A DNA stretch of 64,000 nt from the human T2T-CHM13v2.0 reference genome, Homo sapiens (GCF_009914755.1 NC_060938.1), one strand, 5' to 3'; shown: positions 27,351-44,614, counted from the stretch's first letter. Notes: generated by a model not told the origin, from the sequence alone. Numbers and translations: made by a program.

Positions 27351-30300
27351 TAAAGGAAACTCTACTTTCCCTCTCCACATGTTACTGCTTTGAACAACAT
27401 ATAGAAACATTTAGTGCTACTACTCTCTTCTCAGAGGAGGATTAGAAGAAAGGCTTTTCCTCTGTTCTTCACTTCTCAATTACTGTTCCCTATAGATTAG
27501 GATTTATAGGTAAACATAACATGAAGATAGCTGGTCCAGTGTGCCCCAGGTTTCTCACTTTCTCTCTCTTTCCCTGCTTGCTTTCAATTAATGGCCAGCA
27601 GATGAAGCATGTTCTCTTTTTCACCTCTGTTTTTGGGAATCCAGACCCATTACTCACCCTACTACTTCAAGGTGTTTGAGGCAAGGGTGAGGTCCTTCAC
27701 ATTTGCCTTCTGACTCTTAGCTATACGGTTCTGGACTTCTTAGATTTGGGATGGGGAAAGTATTATGAAAGCTCCCTTTAGTTTGGAGCTGGAATGTTAG
27801 TCTTCAAACCATTTTGCTGTGTATTTTTCCATAAGGCTCTTTTTTAGTTTTTTTTTTTTTTAATTGGTCTAGAAGCAAATGAAGAGGAAGGGTCATTAAT
27901 TATTAACCTTCGATTATCTGAATTATCAGGTGATACCTTGGAGAAAGTATAAATAATTATATGGTCATGAGCTCACAAAATGTAGACTCTAAAGTGAAAA
28001 GAGCAAGCCATGTATGTTTATGTAATAGAATGGCTCTTCGTAGTGGAATATGGGGGAAATACTGGACTTAGGTGCCTGGCTCCTCTTTCTCTGGAAGGAC
28101 GAAATACAATGACTTCCTTCTCGCTTTCAGTTTGTTTAAAATATATAATATTAAAATATCCAAATCGTCCTGTTGTAAAATTAAATTTTTGAGGTATCTA
28201 TATACATGCATACTATGAAAATGCTTATATTTTGTATCAGCAGCTTTGAAGAATGTAAAATCACCAAAAAAACACACTTCAAAGTTGTGCAAGGAATGAC
28301 TTTTCTATACATTCCTAGGTGCTCATGTCAGCTAACTGCGCCATTTAAAAAATCAGCATGGAAGCCACCTCCACCATCTGTGCAAATAGCACTAAAATAC
28401 ATCATTGTGCTGTGTCCTCTAAGCTCACCTGTGGAGTGTCCGGCTCCTTCACTGAAATACTGATTGCCTATACCTGAGGCAAAAACCCTGGATATCTACT
28501 GCATGAATACTCCTTGTCTTCTTGTTAGCAGCTGAGAATGAGTACTCCCTTAAATTTTGTGCCTCAAGCTCAAAGTTTTCCTCACCCTCATCCTGGCCCT
28601 GTTTAATCAACTTGTCAAAAAAAAAATGGTTATGAATAAAGTGAAACATTTGTTTTAGCTTTTACTGGTAGTTTTGTTTCCTTTGAGTTGAAACTTTTCT
28701 GGGTCAAACTTAATCTTCACCCCCAATTACTGATACTCAGATAGAACTTGCATATTCATACCTTATAGACATCAGGGTCAACAGAAATATTATAGACAGC
28801 TAGAACACTTTATTTAGAGTACTCTAAAACAGAAATGGGTCTGTCTTCCATTTATGAATTTTTTTTCACCTTAATGATTTGAAACTATAAACTGCATATA
28901 TATTCAGAAATTGAGAATGGAAATCTAAATGTTTTTAAATTTACACATGATATGAGGTTTGAGACACTAGGATTGCCTTGACAATTAAATCTGGCTTAAG
29001 GTCAAATACTCTAAAATTTGATCATTATTTTTAATAAATTTTCATAAATTTATATATATGTTTCTGTGTGTGTTTATTCAGTAGAGTGGAGGAGAGTGGT
29101 ATTAGAAAGATGGTGAAATAGGAGTTTCCACCACTCATTCACTCACAGAAGCAAATTTGAACAACTATCACGAGCAAAAATAACTTCACGAGAGCTAAAG
29201 AATACAAGTGAGATATTACAGCACCCAAGTGGAACACAGAAATAAGAAAAGATGCATTGAAGAAGGTAGGAAGGATAGTTTCACATTGTTGGCATCACCC
29301 CACCCCTAAGCCCGTGCCGCTTAGAGAGAAATGCCCTTTTTGTGGGGGAAAGACAGTAAAGTGAGTGCCTGACTTTGCCCAAGTACCAGGCCCATCCCAG
29401 TGAATTCTGGAGCCAGCTGATTCCCATGCTGCAGCCACCAGTTCAACCCCCACAGCTCTAGGCTTCAGTTCCAACTAAGTGCAAGTCTTGCTCCATGGCC
29501 CAAGGCTCCAGGTTGGCCCCTGTAGGACCAGGTTCCAACCTACCCCTGAGGACCCATGCCTCAGGCTGATGCCAATGCCAGGCCAGTTTTCGCAGTCCTA
29601 GGCTGTAAGCCTGACCCAGTGCCAGACCATCCTTAGGACATCAGACTTCAGCTTGCCCCTTCAGACCTAAGCTTTGGGCTCAACCCAGGCCAGATCAAGC
29701 TCCAGACCAGCCCTTGCAGCACCAGATACCAGGTTCATATTCATGGACCTAGTCTATAGGCTGGCTCCCAAGAACCCAGGATCCAGGCCCATACCCATGG
29801 ACTGAAGCTTTAGGCTTGCTTCTGTGTAACCAGGTGCCAGGCCCACCAGCATAGACCCAAGCTCCAGTATCATTCCAATGGACTCAGGCACCAGGATCAT
29901 CCTTTCAAATACAAGCACTAGGCATACCCACTCACTGACCCAGGCACTAGGCATCCTGCCCAAGTATTCTGTCAATAAGCCTGCCCTGGTTCTTCTAGAA
30001 GGGCTGACTAATGAGAGCTTTCTCTGCCAAGGCCATTCTGTAAATACTGGAAGACATGTCTACTTAGGCAAATGTACAACACAAGGCCACAAGGGACATG
30101 AACAATCATGGGAACATGACACCACTAAATAAATGAAATAAAGCACTAGTAACCAGCCCTACAAAAATGGAGATCTATGAACTGCCTGCCAAAAAAATTC
30201 AAATGATTATCTGAAAGAAGATAATGACCAATAAGGGAAGACAGACAATTAAAATAAAATCAAAATTTGTTTATGTTCACATAAACAAACTGTGAAGCTT

Positions 30301-31170
30301 AACAATGAGATAGATATCATAAGAAAGAATTAAATGAAAATTGCGGAGCTGAAGAATACAAAGACTCAACTAAAAAATTCAATAGAGTGATTCAACAGTA
30401 GACTTACTCAAGCAGAAAAAAAGACTCAGTGAGCTTGAACACAGGTTATTTAAAATTATGTAGTCAGAGGATCGAATAGAAAACATAAGGAAAAGAGTGA
30501 AGAAATCCTATAGGACTTAAGAAACACCATCCAGAGAAGCATTATATGCATTATGAAAGTTTAAGAAGGAGCAGAAAGAGACAAAAGCAGAAAGCTTATT
30601 TAAAGAAACAATGATAGAAAACTTTCCAAATCTGGAAAGGAAAATGAATACTCAGTTTGCCCAAATAGATTCAAATAGATCGAGTGCAAAGAGTTCTTCT
30701 CCAAAATACAATAATGAAATTCTCAAAAGAAAAAAATAAGGAATTTTGAAAGCAGCAAAAGAAAAGTGAATTATCACTTACAGGGGAACCCCTCGTAGGA
30801 CTATAAATGGATTTATCAGTCAAAACTTGGTAGGCTAAGACATATTAGTATAATATAGCCAAAGTGCTGAAAGCAAAAAATGCTACCAAGAATAAAATAC
30901 GTGCCAAAATTGTTTTTCAGAAATGAAGTAGAGATTCAGATATTCCCAAACAAAAGCTTAAGGAATTCATCACCACTAGACTTGTGCTACAGAAAATGCT
31001 AAAGGAAGTTACTCAAGTTGAAATGAAGGGATGCCAACTAAACGTAGGAAAACATATGAGAGCATAAAACTCACTGTAAAGAAATGAATATAGTCAAATT
31101 CAGAACACACTAACACTGTAATGGTGGTGCATAAGTCAATTTTAACTCTAGCATAAAAGTAAAAAGATCT

Positions 31171-31461
<291 letters not shown>

Positions 31462-32916
31462 AAAAGTAAAAAGACCAAACTATTAAAAACAACTATATCT
31501 ACAATAATTTGTTAATAGATGCACAATGTAAAAAGATGTTGATTGTGACATCAATAACAAAATGTGTGTGGAATAAGTTAAACTGTAGTGTTTTGTACAC
31601 AATCAACATTAAGTTATTATCAGCTTAAAATAAATGTTTTAACTAAAAGATACTTCATGTAAACTTCATGATAACCACAAAGAATAAAACCTGTAGTAGA
31701 TACACAAAAGAGAAAAAGAATCAAAGCATACTTCTATTTAAAAAAATCATCAAATTACAAAGGAATACAGCAAGAGAGGAACAACAACAACAAGAAACTT
31801 CAAAACAGTAAGAAAACAATTAGCAAAATGGATGTAGTAAGTCTTTACATCTCAATAATTACTTTAAATACAAATGGATTAAATTCTCTAGTGGAAAGAA
31901 ATAATAGCTGAATTGATACAAAATAAGACCCAGCATATGCTGCCCGTAAGAAACTCACATTAGTTTGAAGAACACACATGGACTGAAAGTGAAGAACTGA
32001 AAAAAAAGTATTCCATCTACATGGTAACCAAAAGAGATCAGGCGGGGTCTATGCTTATGTAGCCAAAGTAAACTTTAAGTCAAAAACTCTCATGAGACAA
32101 AGAAGGTCATTATGTAATCATAAGGGGGTCATTTCATCAAGAGGATGTAACTGTTGTAAAAAAAGTGTACTCCCACTGTTGGAGCACCTATATATGTAAG
32201 GCTAGTATTAACAGAACTGAAGGGAGAATTAGACAGTAATAAAATAATAGTATGGGACTTTCAGTACCCCATTCTTACAATAAAGAGATCATCCAGACAG
32301 AAATTCAGCAAGAAAACAGTGAACTCATGCAACGCTATGGACCGAATGGAGCTAACAGTCATATACAAAATGCTTCATACAAAAGCAATAAATACACATT
32401 CTCTTCAAGTACACATGGAATGTTCTCCAGAATAGATCATCAGACCACAAAATAAATGTAAGAAGATTAAAATCATATCAAGTATCTTTTCTAACCACAA
32501 TTGTTGGAAATTAGAAATCAATGACAGGAGGAAAATTGCAAAGTTATAAATACATCAAAATTAAGCAACATACTTCTACTCAGAATAACTGATGGGTTAA
32601 ACAAGAAATCAAAAGGGAAATTTAAAAAAAATCTTGAGACAAAAGAAAATAGAAACACGACATACCAAAGCTTATGAAATACAGAAAAAGCAGTTCTAAG
32701 AAGAAAGTTAAAGCAATAAACATCTATATCCGACATGTTCACTTATTCTAAGTGAAATACACCAGGCACAGAAAGACAAATACTCCATGATCTCACTTAT
32801 AAGTGGAATCTTAAAAAAGTCAATCTCCTAGAAGCAGAGAGCAGAATGGTGGTTGCCAAGGTTTTGAAAGAAAGGAAACAGAGAGATGTTGGTCAAAGTG
32901 TATAAGGTTTCAGTTA

Positions 32917-35185
<2,269 letters not shown>

Positions 35186-37274
35186 AAAAGGTAACTATGT
35201 GATAATGGATATGTTAATTAGCTTGATAGTGGAAATAATTCACAATGTATACATATGCTAAACATCACATTGTACTCCTTAAATACATACAATTTCTGTC
35301 AGTTATACCTCAATAAAGCTGAATAAGGTGTACATTAATCTAGAATAAGCATTTTGTTATGTGCTTTCATAAAGTCGCTCTGCATTTATTAAAAATAGAA
35401 CCAAGAAAACATTTCTATAATCATGATGGGCAATTAGTGGAGCCAACTGGGATAAAATCATTTCCAGATATGAGTTATATCTGAAATCACTGGCAAAATA
35501 TTCTGGAAGAGATTGTCCACTTTTTCATGTATTCAAATAGAACCAGACGAATTTTATGCAAAAGATTTTAGAGTTGCCCTAAAATCATTCCTTGTCCTTC
35601 TATTCAGATACATGTGCTGATTAAGTACCATAATTTTCCTAACGTGTCTATAACCTTTGTCAAGATTATTGTCAAAGCATGTGTAACTGTATTTAAGCAG
35701 CAACAAATAATACCAGTACTTTAAGATTATGCAGAATGAACCAACGTTTCCCCCAACCTTTATCAATATCTAACTATGAAAAAAATACTATTTATGAAGG
35801 ATATCCTGCAGAAATAAATATAAATTTTCTTATCTGTTCTAAATTTTATTTTGTGTAAAGCCAAAACTATTTGCTTAGGAACCCAACGTATTATGTCTCC
35901 TTTAAAAAAATAAATTTTTGCTACCAATTGCTCTTTGGTATTATCCATGAGTTTAAAGCCTACCATGAAAGACCATGTTAAAAAAGTCCTTTTTGTTGTA
36001 GTTATTATAGGAATATTATTAAGGATATATTAACCATACTACTTGTTTTTCTGTGAGTAAGGACTGTGGAAAAATCCCTGACTTACACTGATCTAGAGAT
36101 GTCCAAGAAGAAATCTCCCAGGGATACCGAGGAACAACTCTATATTTTGTTGTAAATCTTTTCATTTAATAAGTATTAATGAAAAGTGCACTTCATTTCA
36201 TTTTACAATCTGATTTTCACTCCAGATAACTGCTGTGATTGTCTTCCGGGGCTGTTATCAGTGCTAGAGAGAAAAGCCCCTCCTCATTGTGTACAGCACT
36301 GCATGGCTGAGTTGAGCTTTTCTATGCACTGTCAACAGAAAGGATTAAAGCAAACTACAAGGAGAAGTAGCATCTCTATCATATGGGTCAGTTTAAATTT
36401 GTACTATCAGCTCTAATTATTATGTTGTTTCAGCAAATGTCATCTGCTTTCATTATAATAGTTATAATATATGAATATTGAGTCCTAAGAATTCAAATTC
36501 AAGTGAACACCTTTAATTTGATCAAGTGTCATTTCAGAAGCCTCCTTTTTCACTAGTAGGATGAAGGCTTAGGCATTATTGTCACATATTGATAACTGTA
36601 ATTAAAGCATGATATTTTATTAAAGGTAACAAGACTACTTCATACAACAAAAAATAAATTACAAATAGAATTTGTGAGAAGACATTTAAATAAAATTTTA
36701 AAAGTGATAAATTTAGAAAATGTAGTTTAAGTTATAAATTGAATCTGCAAAGAAGCAGCTACAGGACTTCCAACACCCCTATATTCCCCTTTGAGGACCA
36801 ACCTAGAGAGAGTTGTCCTAAATAAATAGGTAACTCTTTGAAGAGCTCCATGAAGTGGACTTTATTCCACTTTGCTTTTCACACAGACATCCCATATAGA
36901 GCCTATGATTAGCTAAAGATGCCTTCAGAGTGGTGTAGTGTTTCAAATCCAATCCCATTAAATTCCAACATATGATACAGATATTCAGCCATTTTAAATC
37001 ACAACAGTCTTTTTATCTTTAATTTTAAAACTTATAGTTATTTCACACCCAGCATATCAATATGGTATCACAAGCTGGGATGAAAACTTACCTAGGATCT
37101 AGAGGGAAATAACCCATATAATTTTGAAAGTTACATTGATGTATTTACTGCTTCCCAATAGTACCCATAAAGTAATTGAACCCTAAACTCTACCAAGATA
37201 TACTTTTCAGGCTGTCATAAATTCCATTCACACAGGATAGCCAACTCAAGGAGCAGTTCCCTAAACAAAATGAT

Positions 37275-37619
37275 TGTAAAGAACATGGCTGTGCTGCAGC
37301 CAAGCAGGCACAGGGCAGCAGGCATAGGCCGAGGTAAACAGCCTGAATGACTCAGCGAGATTGTGGTGCATGCGCACAGTTCCGTTGTCTTATATAATCA
37401 TAGCCAGGAAGACATAACATAGGGAAGCTTACCACGTGGCTCTCAGCCACTATTGTTTGTGTGATGTATAAATGTAACACTGACACTGTGAAGGAGTTGC
37501 TAACTAAGCCATGTTTCATTTACCTGCTCTCTCTCAAGTGTTCTTCCAGCTCCCTGCCCCACGTTTACCCACTCTCCTCGGCCCTCAGCTGGGGCTGGAA
37601 CCTGACCCTGAGCAAGACA
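37275..37619 (+). mobile_element. LTR18A-like ERVL solo LTR with 5-bp TSD ATGAT
   Basis: TGTAA...GACA termini and the gcataggccgaggtaaacagcctgaatgactcagcg core. TSD at 37270-37274 and 37620-37624. Confidence 0.85.
37348..37354 (+). promoter_or_regulatory. Consensus AP-1 site (TGACTCA) within the LTR18
   Basis: Exact motif match. Activity is not shown by sequence. Confidence 0.5.
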
Positions 37620-37653
37620 ATGATGCACAAATTTGAATCAGTTCACTGTTAGT

Positions 37654-37657
<4 letters not shown>

Positions 37658-37701
<44 letters not shown>
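37658..37701. repeat. Perfect (GT)22 microsatellite
   Basis: Directly visible. Confidence 0.97.
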
Positions 37702-37702
<1 letters not shown>

Positions 37703-38194
37703 GTGGGGAGGTTAGTTATCAAATATAACTGCTTTCCACTTTACCCTCTGTTCTAAGCTATTTTACTGCTTTTTAAAAAGCACTGGGGTTGGATTTTATA
37801 TAAATTCAAACCAGCAAAAAACAAAAACGACAAAACAAAGCCGATGTAAGATCAACATGGGAGGATATCACATTCTTTTAAACAAAAAGCGAAGTAATAA
37901 TTCCACTTCAATTCTATTGTCTTTGTGTTTCTGTTAAATTTTTACTGTGAAGGAGGATGACATTAAATTAGAAACTATACTTTCATACAAATACATTATT
38001 ATCTGACTTTAATAAAAAATATAAATTTGTCAATTGTTGATATACTATTATACTTGATGTGACTATATATGTTCGATCCACATACTACATAATATATGAA
38101 TATTAACATTATGGACCAGAAAGTAAAAATGCCTACATTTCCTAACAAGATACTATAGGCTTTGGGTATTTGAAATTTCTCAATGACAAAAACT

Positions 38195-38322
38195 AAAACA
38201 TTGGAATGGTGGTTTCCAGAGACTTGGGGGAGAAAAAAACAAAGATATTTTAGTCAAGGGTACAAAATTTCAGATACACAAGATATATAAGTCCTAGAGG
38301 TCTACTGTACTATATAGATAAA

Positions 38323-38357
<35 letters not shown>

Positions 38358-38610
38358 CACACACCCACATACACTGACTATAGTTAACAATATAATAGTG
38401 TATACTTAAAATTTTTCTAAGTTGGTAGATCTTATATTAAGTATTTTTATTGGAAAATGACAATAATAAGAGAATGGGAAGAAACTTTTGGAGGTGATGG
38501 GTAGTTTATGGCATAGATTGTGATGATGATGGTTTCGTGGTTGTATACTTATCTCTCAATCATCAAGTTGTATGCATGAATCATGTATAGCATTTTGTAT
38601 GTCAAAAAAA
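38195..38610 (+). mobile_element. L1MA10/L1MB-type 3' UTR containing a (TG)n(TA)n(CA)n compound microsatellite
   Basis: gaatggtggtttccagag...gaaacttttggaggtgatgg...catcaagttgtat...ttttgtatgtcaa. Confidence 0.8.
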
Positions 38611-40199
38611 GAGAAGAAAAAATTAAAAGATGAGGTGAAATCTGCAAAGCACCGTTGAGAAAGTACAAATCACTATGGAAATTCATTCAAGGAAATTATC
38701 ATATTTGCTTGATGGATTAAGAACTCTTTCATGAAGCGTATATTAGAAATAGGTTCAAATGCTGACAGGCAGATTTGAGAAAGATTTTTTTAGATAAAGT
38801 TACTGGCATAAGTAAAAATTCATGTTGGAAAATTTGAAGATATATGGTGAAGAGTTCATATTAGATATACTGGAGTATGGGAAAATCTGGCATACGCTTT
38901 TAATTGTAGTTTAGGATAACTTTATCTTGAGTCTTAAACACCAGGGTAGGAAATTTGTACTATTTTCAGGCAGCATCAACAAGCAGTGAATGTTCACTGA
39001 AAGTATATTATGAACTAAGGGATGCCATTCTAGTGGCATTATAGAAAAGTGACTCAACAACTATTGAGCAAGACTGGAGGAAAGAAGAATTAATGAAAGA
39101 CAGCTCAGTTAAGAGACTATTTCAAGTTCTTTAACCTCTCTGCAATTCACATGCCCTTTCTGCTAAAAATAATAGCCTTATAACGTTATGAGTTAAATAA
39201 TATATGAAAACAAAAGTAAGCATGGAAGAAACAGTAGCTCTCTCTAGTATTATAAATTTTGTAGATTTAGGAAAGTTGTATAAAACTGGAAAACATAATT
39301 TCTTTAATAAATATGGAATCATAGTGTTACCTGAGGGTTTTTAAAGGGTAAAATAACATTTGTTAACAACCTTGTCAGCAATGAAGTTCTACACAATATA
39401 ACATGATATAAAAGTGAATGGTATCAAAAAAAAGAAGAGAAAATAATAAATGAATATATTCATGACCCAACATATATAATTCACAGAGGGTAATCTTTCA
39501 TCACCATAGTCTATAGTCCTTAAAAAACCATGAGAAGCTTTAGACCCATATTTATTAGTTGCTGCTCAACACTGTGATCGAGGTTTGAAAGAAAACATAT
39601 CCAAGGAGAGTTATCATCATTTTTCTGAAAACACTGGTGTCCAGGGATACTGGTAAAAATTCCCTGGAAAATCATATTTGCATGGTTACTGTGATACCGT
39701 CAATAGGATGCCTCCTGCACTATGAAAGGTGTGTGGCTTCTTTTTGTTTTACATCATTAGTTATTGGTTCATTTAAATCCAAAACCAATGCCTTATTATT
39801 TCTACTACATATGCAATATCTAGATAAGCACTGTGATATAATTCACAACCCCATTCCCATTTTTTTTTACAGAAAACATCTTAAAAATTACTATCCCACA
39901 AAAACAGTCTTACAAATGTAAAGGTATAAGACATATTACATATGCCTTTTTTAAAAGAGCTAATTTTTTTATGTTCACAAATTTTCCCATCATTACAGGA
40001 TAAGTAATGAAAAGCATGGTGACCACAAGTAAGTCACTTGCACTACTGATTTGTATAATTAAACAGATGCTGCCAACGCCACCACTAAATCTTTAAGGAA
40101 TGTTTACAGAAGCCGACAAAAGCATGTCAATAGTGAGAACAACGGAATGTAAAGTATGAATTGCTTTGGGGTATGTGACTAGAAAATTTTTCCCCCAGC

Positions 40200-40237
40200 C
40201 AAAAACAAAAACAAAACAACAACAACAACAACAAAAA
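40200..40237. repeat. (A)n/(AAC)n simple repeat
   Basis: Directly visible. Confidence 0.85.
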
Positions 40238-42374
40238 CTGCAGAAATATTTTAGAGCTAGTAATTAACTTGCTGCTAAAGTTGGCATTGAATCTCCCAAC
40301 ATATCCCTTTCCCTCAGACCTCTAACAAAATCTGTGCATGAGGAATGCTCATTTCCAGCTGGGTAAGACACTGTGCAAATGTAGGATTTCACAGTTCACC
40401 AGAAGGATTATATCACTTTCCTTTTTGGAAGAAGTCCAGACTTCATTACGAAGGTGCATCACATTGTTATACTGCAGAAAGCAACATATGGCATTATATC
40501 TCTAAACAGCTAAAAATGGACTTTCAGCTAAAAAACTTAGTTGTGAAATAAACAGTACATGTTCAGTATGTGCAAAGTTAGGAGTATAATCTATGAATTA
40601 TGAACAAATATAGCAATATATAAGTACATTTTTAAACATGCCATTGTAGAAATATAATGCACAATTTATAATTGCTGGATGCTATCATTTTCTTTAATTG
40701 GTAAAGGATATTAGAGTTAAAATGTTTTGTAAGTGATCAGTAATATTGCCAAAATTCAGAAGATAAGTAATCAGACACTGGTTTTTAAAAGGTTTGTTGC
40801 AACCATAAGCTGAGTTCCATTAAAGAAGATTAAATAAAATCAGACCATCCACACAAACTTGCACTAATGGGAAAAATGAATGGATCATTAGCTGAAACAG
40901 TTATTCATATAACATTGTTAACATAAACTGTATTAGCTTTTCATGACAGCTAAATATTATTAAAAGCTAGTCAGTTACACATAGCGACCTATACACTCAC
41001 AGGATTGATGATTTCTATCTAAAGGGCATGGTTCTGTTTATGACTTTCTTTCAGGTCTCTGCTGCTGGAAATACTGTGTCTATTATTTCACAGTGTACCT
41101 AGAGCCACAGTGTGATGCGGCAGCCAAACAGCTGAAAATTTTGCTCTGTACTGGATGGAGATGAAATATGCACAGTAGGAGCATAAAATAGCAGTAGTTT
41201 ACCGTGAAACTACCAAATTTCCACTTTTCTCTTTAAAGATATGTATAATTGTAAAGTTGGAATTGTGTAGCATTTCTAAATACTGAGAAAAGAAATGCAT
41301 GCTTATGTCCCATGTTCTCATGCTGGAGAAAAATTTAGCAATATAGTTTCTAAAATCAGGTGTGATTTCCACTTAAAGGCTGTAGTGAATGGTACTAACT
41401 TCCCAAGGAATTTAAAAAGTTACTAATGTCATGTATTGGTACCTTCACTTCATTTCATGTGATTTCCTGTAGTATAGTATAATTAATGGCTTGGGTATGA
41501 AAGTTGACACTTCTTCACCTTTCTCCCTCATTTATTACACTGAAATATGTAAGCATTTGTTTCCCATAGATATATCTGATGGCATCATCTCTAAATGTGA
41601 ATAGAAATATTTAGTAATCTGTATATAATTCGATTTCCTTGGACTTTGCATCTCATGACCTCTCACACCATGTATATTGCTAAACTTAACACTAAACAGA
41701 TCTCTCAATAAATGATTGCAAATAAATGATGATGTCATTAAATATAGGTAGTACATTCTTTACTGTGTGGGGAATGCCTTAATAACTGAATTATTCACAT
41801 CCAATAAGGTTAGTAGCATTTTGCTTTTACACCCCTTTGGTAAGTTCTTCACCTGCCATATACAGACACATCTGCTAAGCATTTCTTTCAAATCTGAGCG
41901 CTCTTCTCTCACACTCCTTTCTAAAAGTTCCATGTCACTGAAAAGAAAACAAATATACAGAAAAATTGGAATAGTATTCCATCATGTCCCCCACACTAGA
42001 TGCACAATTACTCATAAATATACACAAGTACACACACACATAAATTCTATATGTATACCTTGAATACTTTCCCAAGTAGTCTATGCATCTAATACTGAGT
42101 TCCAATTGCTTTGTTCTTTCCTTCAGAATGTAAAAAAACTTGAGAAAACATAGCATAATAACATAGATGGTAAAACCTAGCTAGAAACCTACATTTCTTC
42201 ACAATGACATTTTAATGAACCAGAAAAAAATTAAAGCAAAGAAAATTTGCTCTTACCCATAATCAGACTAATGACTTTTCCGTATATTGTTTTCAGATCA
42301 TACAAGGAAGGGCTTGCTATCCTGTGATAATATTTCTTATGCAGGATAGCATAACACCACACAAGCACACAGAC

Positions 42375-42376
<2 letters not shown>

Positions 42377-42412
<36 letters not shown>
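42377..42412. repeat. (AC)n microsatellite
   Basis: Directly visible. Confidence 0.95.
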
Positions 42413-44029
42413 AGAGTTTATTAGCTGAATAATGGACTTCAGTTTAATTTACAGTTATGCAATTGGCCAAAGATTTAGTACTCCTAGTGGCTTTTCTTCA
42501 ACTTTTGTTATGGTGCCGTTTGATTGTATTTATGAATGTGACCTTATATCCTATACCAGCAGAAGAAAGTAAGATAAATTGGACTCTAAAACACACACAC
42601 AATAGCAGACAGTACTGTTTAAAGATTAATAAGTGATCTCACTATAGCACTTCAACTGCCTATAGCCTAAAACTATCTTTCCTTTGGTACTTTCCAGCCA
42701 GTCCCTAAAGGACCAATAAACCAAGAGCACTAGACAGATCTGAACTCACCTATCACAGCTTTGATTATGCTCTTGTGCACTATGTGTTTCTTCTTAAAAG
42801 CATCTAATTCACTGCCTGTTCACAGCATCCATTATTTGAAGCAAAGGACACTAGGAGAAGTAAATAAAACTTTTAAAAGACATATTGTAAAGTGAATTCA
42901 TTCAATTTTCCTTTCTTATGTATCAAAACCCAAAGCCTTGTATTGCTCTTAAGATGTGATTTTCACACCACTTAATTTTTTTTTTGCCAGATATAAAAAC
43001 TGCACATTTCTAACTGCGTTTCACCTCCTAGCATCTGTGCATTGCACCAAGATGTTCAGACATCTCATCACAAGGCTTCCAAGACATCAGTACCTGGGGG
43101 ACCCCACTTTGGGTCCTGAGGGCACATACTCTCTTCACAGTGGGAATCCCAGAAGGGAAGAAGCCAATGTAAAGAATTTAGAACTCTGCCCATAGCCTAC
43201 CTGTTTACCCCTCCACGCTAGGGACTTCATAATCAGAAACACTCCCGCAATGTTTGACCCTCCTTTCCAACCTCTGATCTCCAGATTTCTTCTTGAACAG
43301 CATCTGCAAAGCTTCCTGTGACAGAAAATGGCTAAAGAATCTATCCTGTTATTACTTAACATTAGCGTGAGTAATTCATATTATGCAGTTGTAGTATTTT
43401 ACAATTGTTTGACTAGCTAAAATTTATAAATGCACCCACATGAATATACTTCCATTTGCAAAACTAAATATCAGATACATAACACTAAACACTCCAAACA
43501 TGAGAAAGTGTCTTTCAGCACTTGTTTCATTTTTTATGCAAAGATATTGAAAAACAGAGTCAGGGCTCATTATCTTTAGCCTGAAGAAAAGGATTGTGTA
43601 AAGACCAGATGAAAGCAGACAGCTAAAAATTAGAGTCAAACCAGATAATTCAAAGGAAACAATTTCCTGTGGTGGCTAAATGTCCTAATTTGTCTCTATT
43701 GAGGCATTAACCATGAAGTTTTCACATCATTCCTTTTGCATGAGTTTATGCCAGCTATATGAATACAGAAAGGAGAATGGCAATGTCTACTTGTAAGCCT
43801 CAAACTGAATTTCTAATTAGTATAGTTATTTCCAATTAATTATTTACATTTTCTTCAACAATAAAGGCAGTGAAGTAATTTGTTATTTAATATTCTTTAT
43901 ATAATTATATTTGGCTATTGAGAGTGTCTTATCTTTTTGTTCTATTTTATGCAATGCTATTTTGAGATCTCCAACACTCTTTAGACCAAACACGGTTTTC
44001 CACCAAATGATTTTCATTTTAGTATTTCT

Positions 44030-44332
<303 letters not shown>

Positions 44333-44614
44333 TCATTTTAGTATTTCTATGACTAGAGAACACAACAGGCAGTATAGCTTAAATAGGTACCTAATAAACA
44401 GCTATTGTTACAGAGAATATAATTTACCTTTAGAAATGATGCCTATTAGTAGCAATTACTAGTGACACACAGTCAAGTTGTGTAAAATGATTGTATTGTC
44501 TATCAATCAAAACCAGCTATGTTATGACTAAAAATACTCTAATAAACATATTGATGCAGAAATGATGACTTTTGCCTTAACCAATATCTTTAAAGTTACT
44601 TTTGTCACTTTTGA

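Noticed and set aside
29390-29990. GC-richer repetitive block as a CpG island, promoter or repeat array
   Set aside because: It is CpG-depleted and consists of degenerate ccagg-rich repeats of the old L1MA 5' UTR.
41040-41180. Acceptor-like ttctttcag followed by a short open frame
   Set aside because: Stop codons follow within about 35 codons, there is no good donor, and the peptide is unrecognisable.
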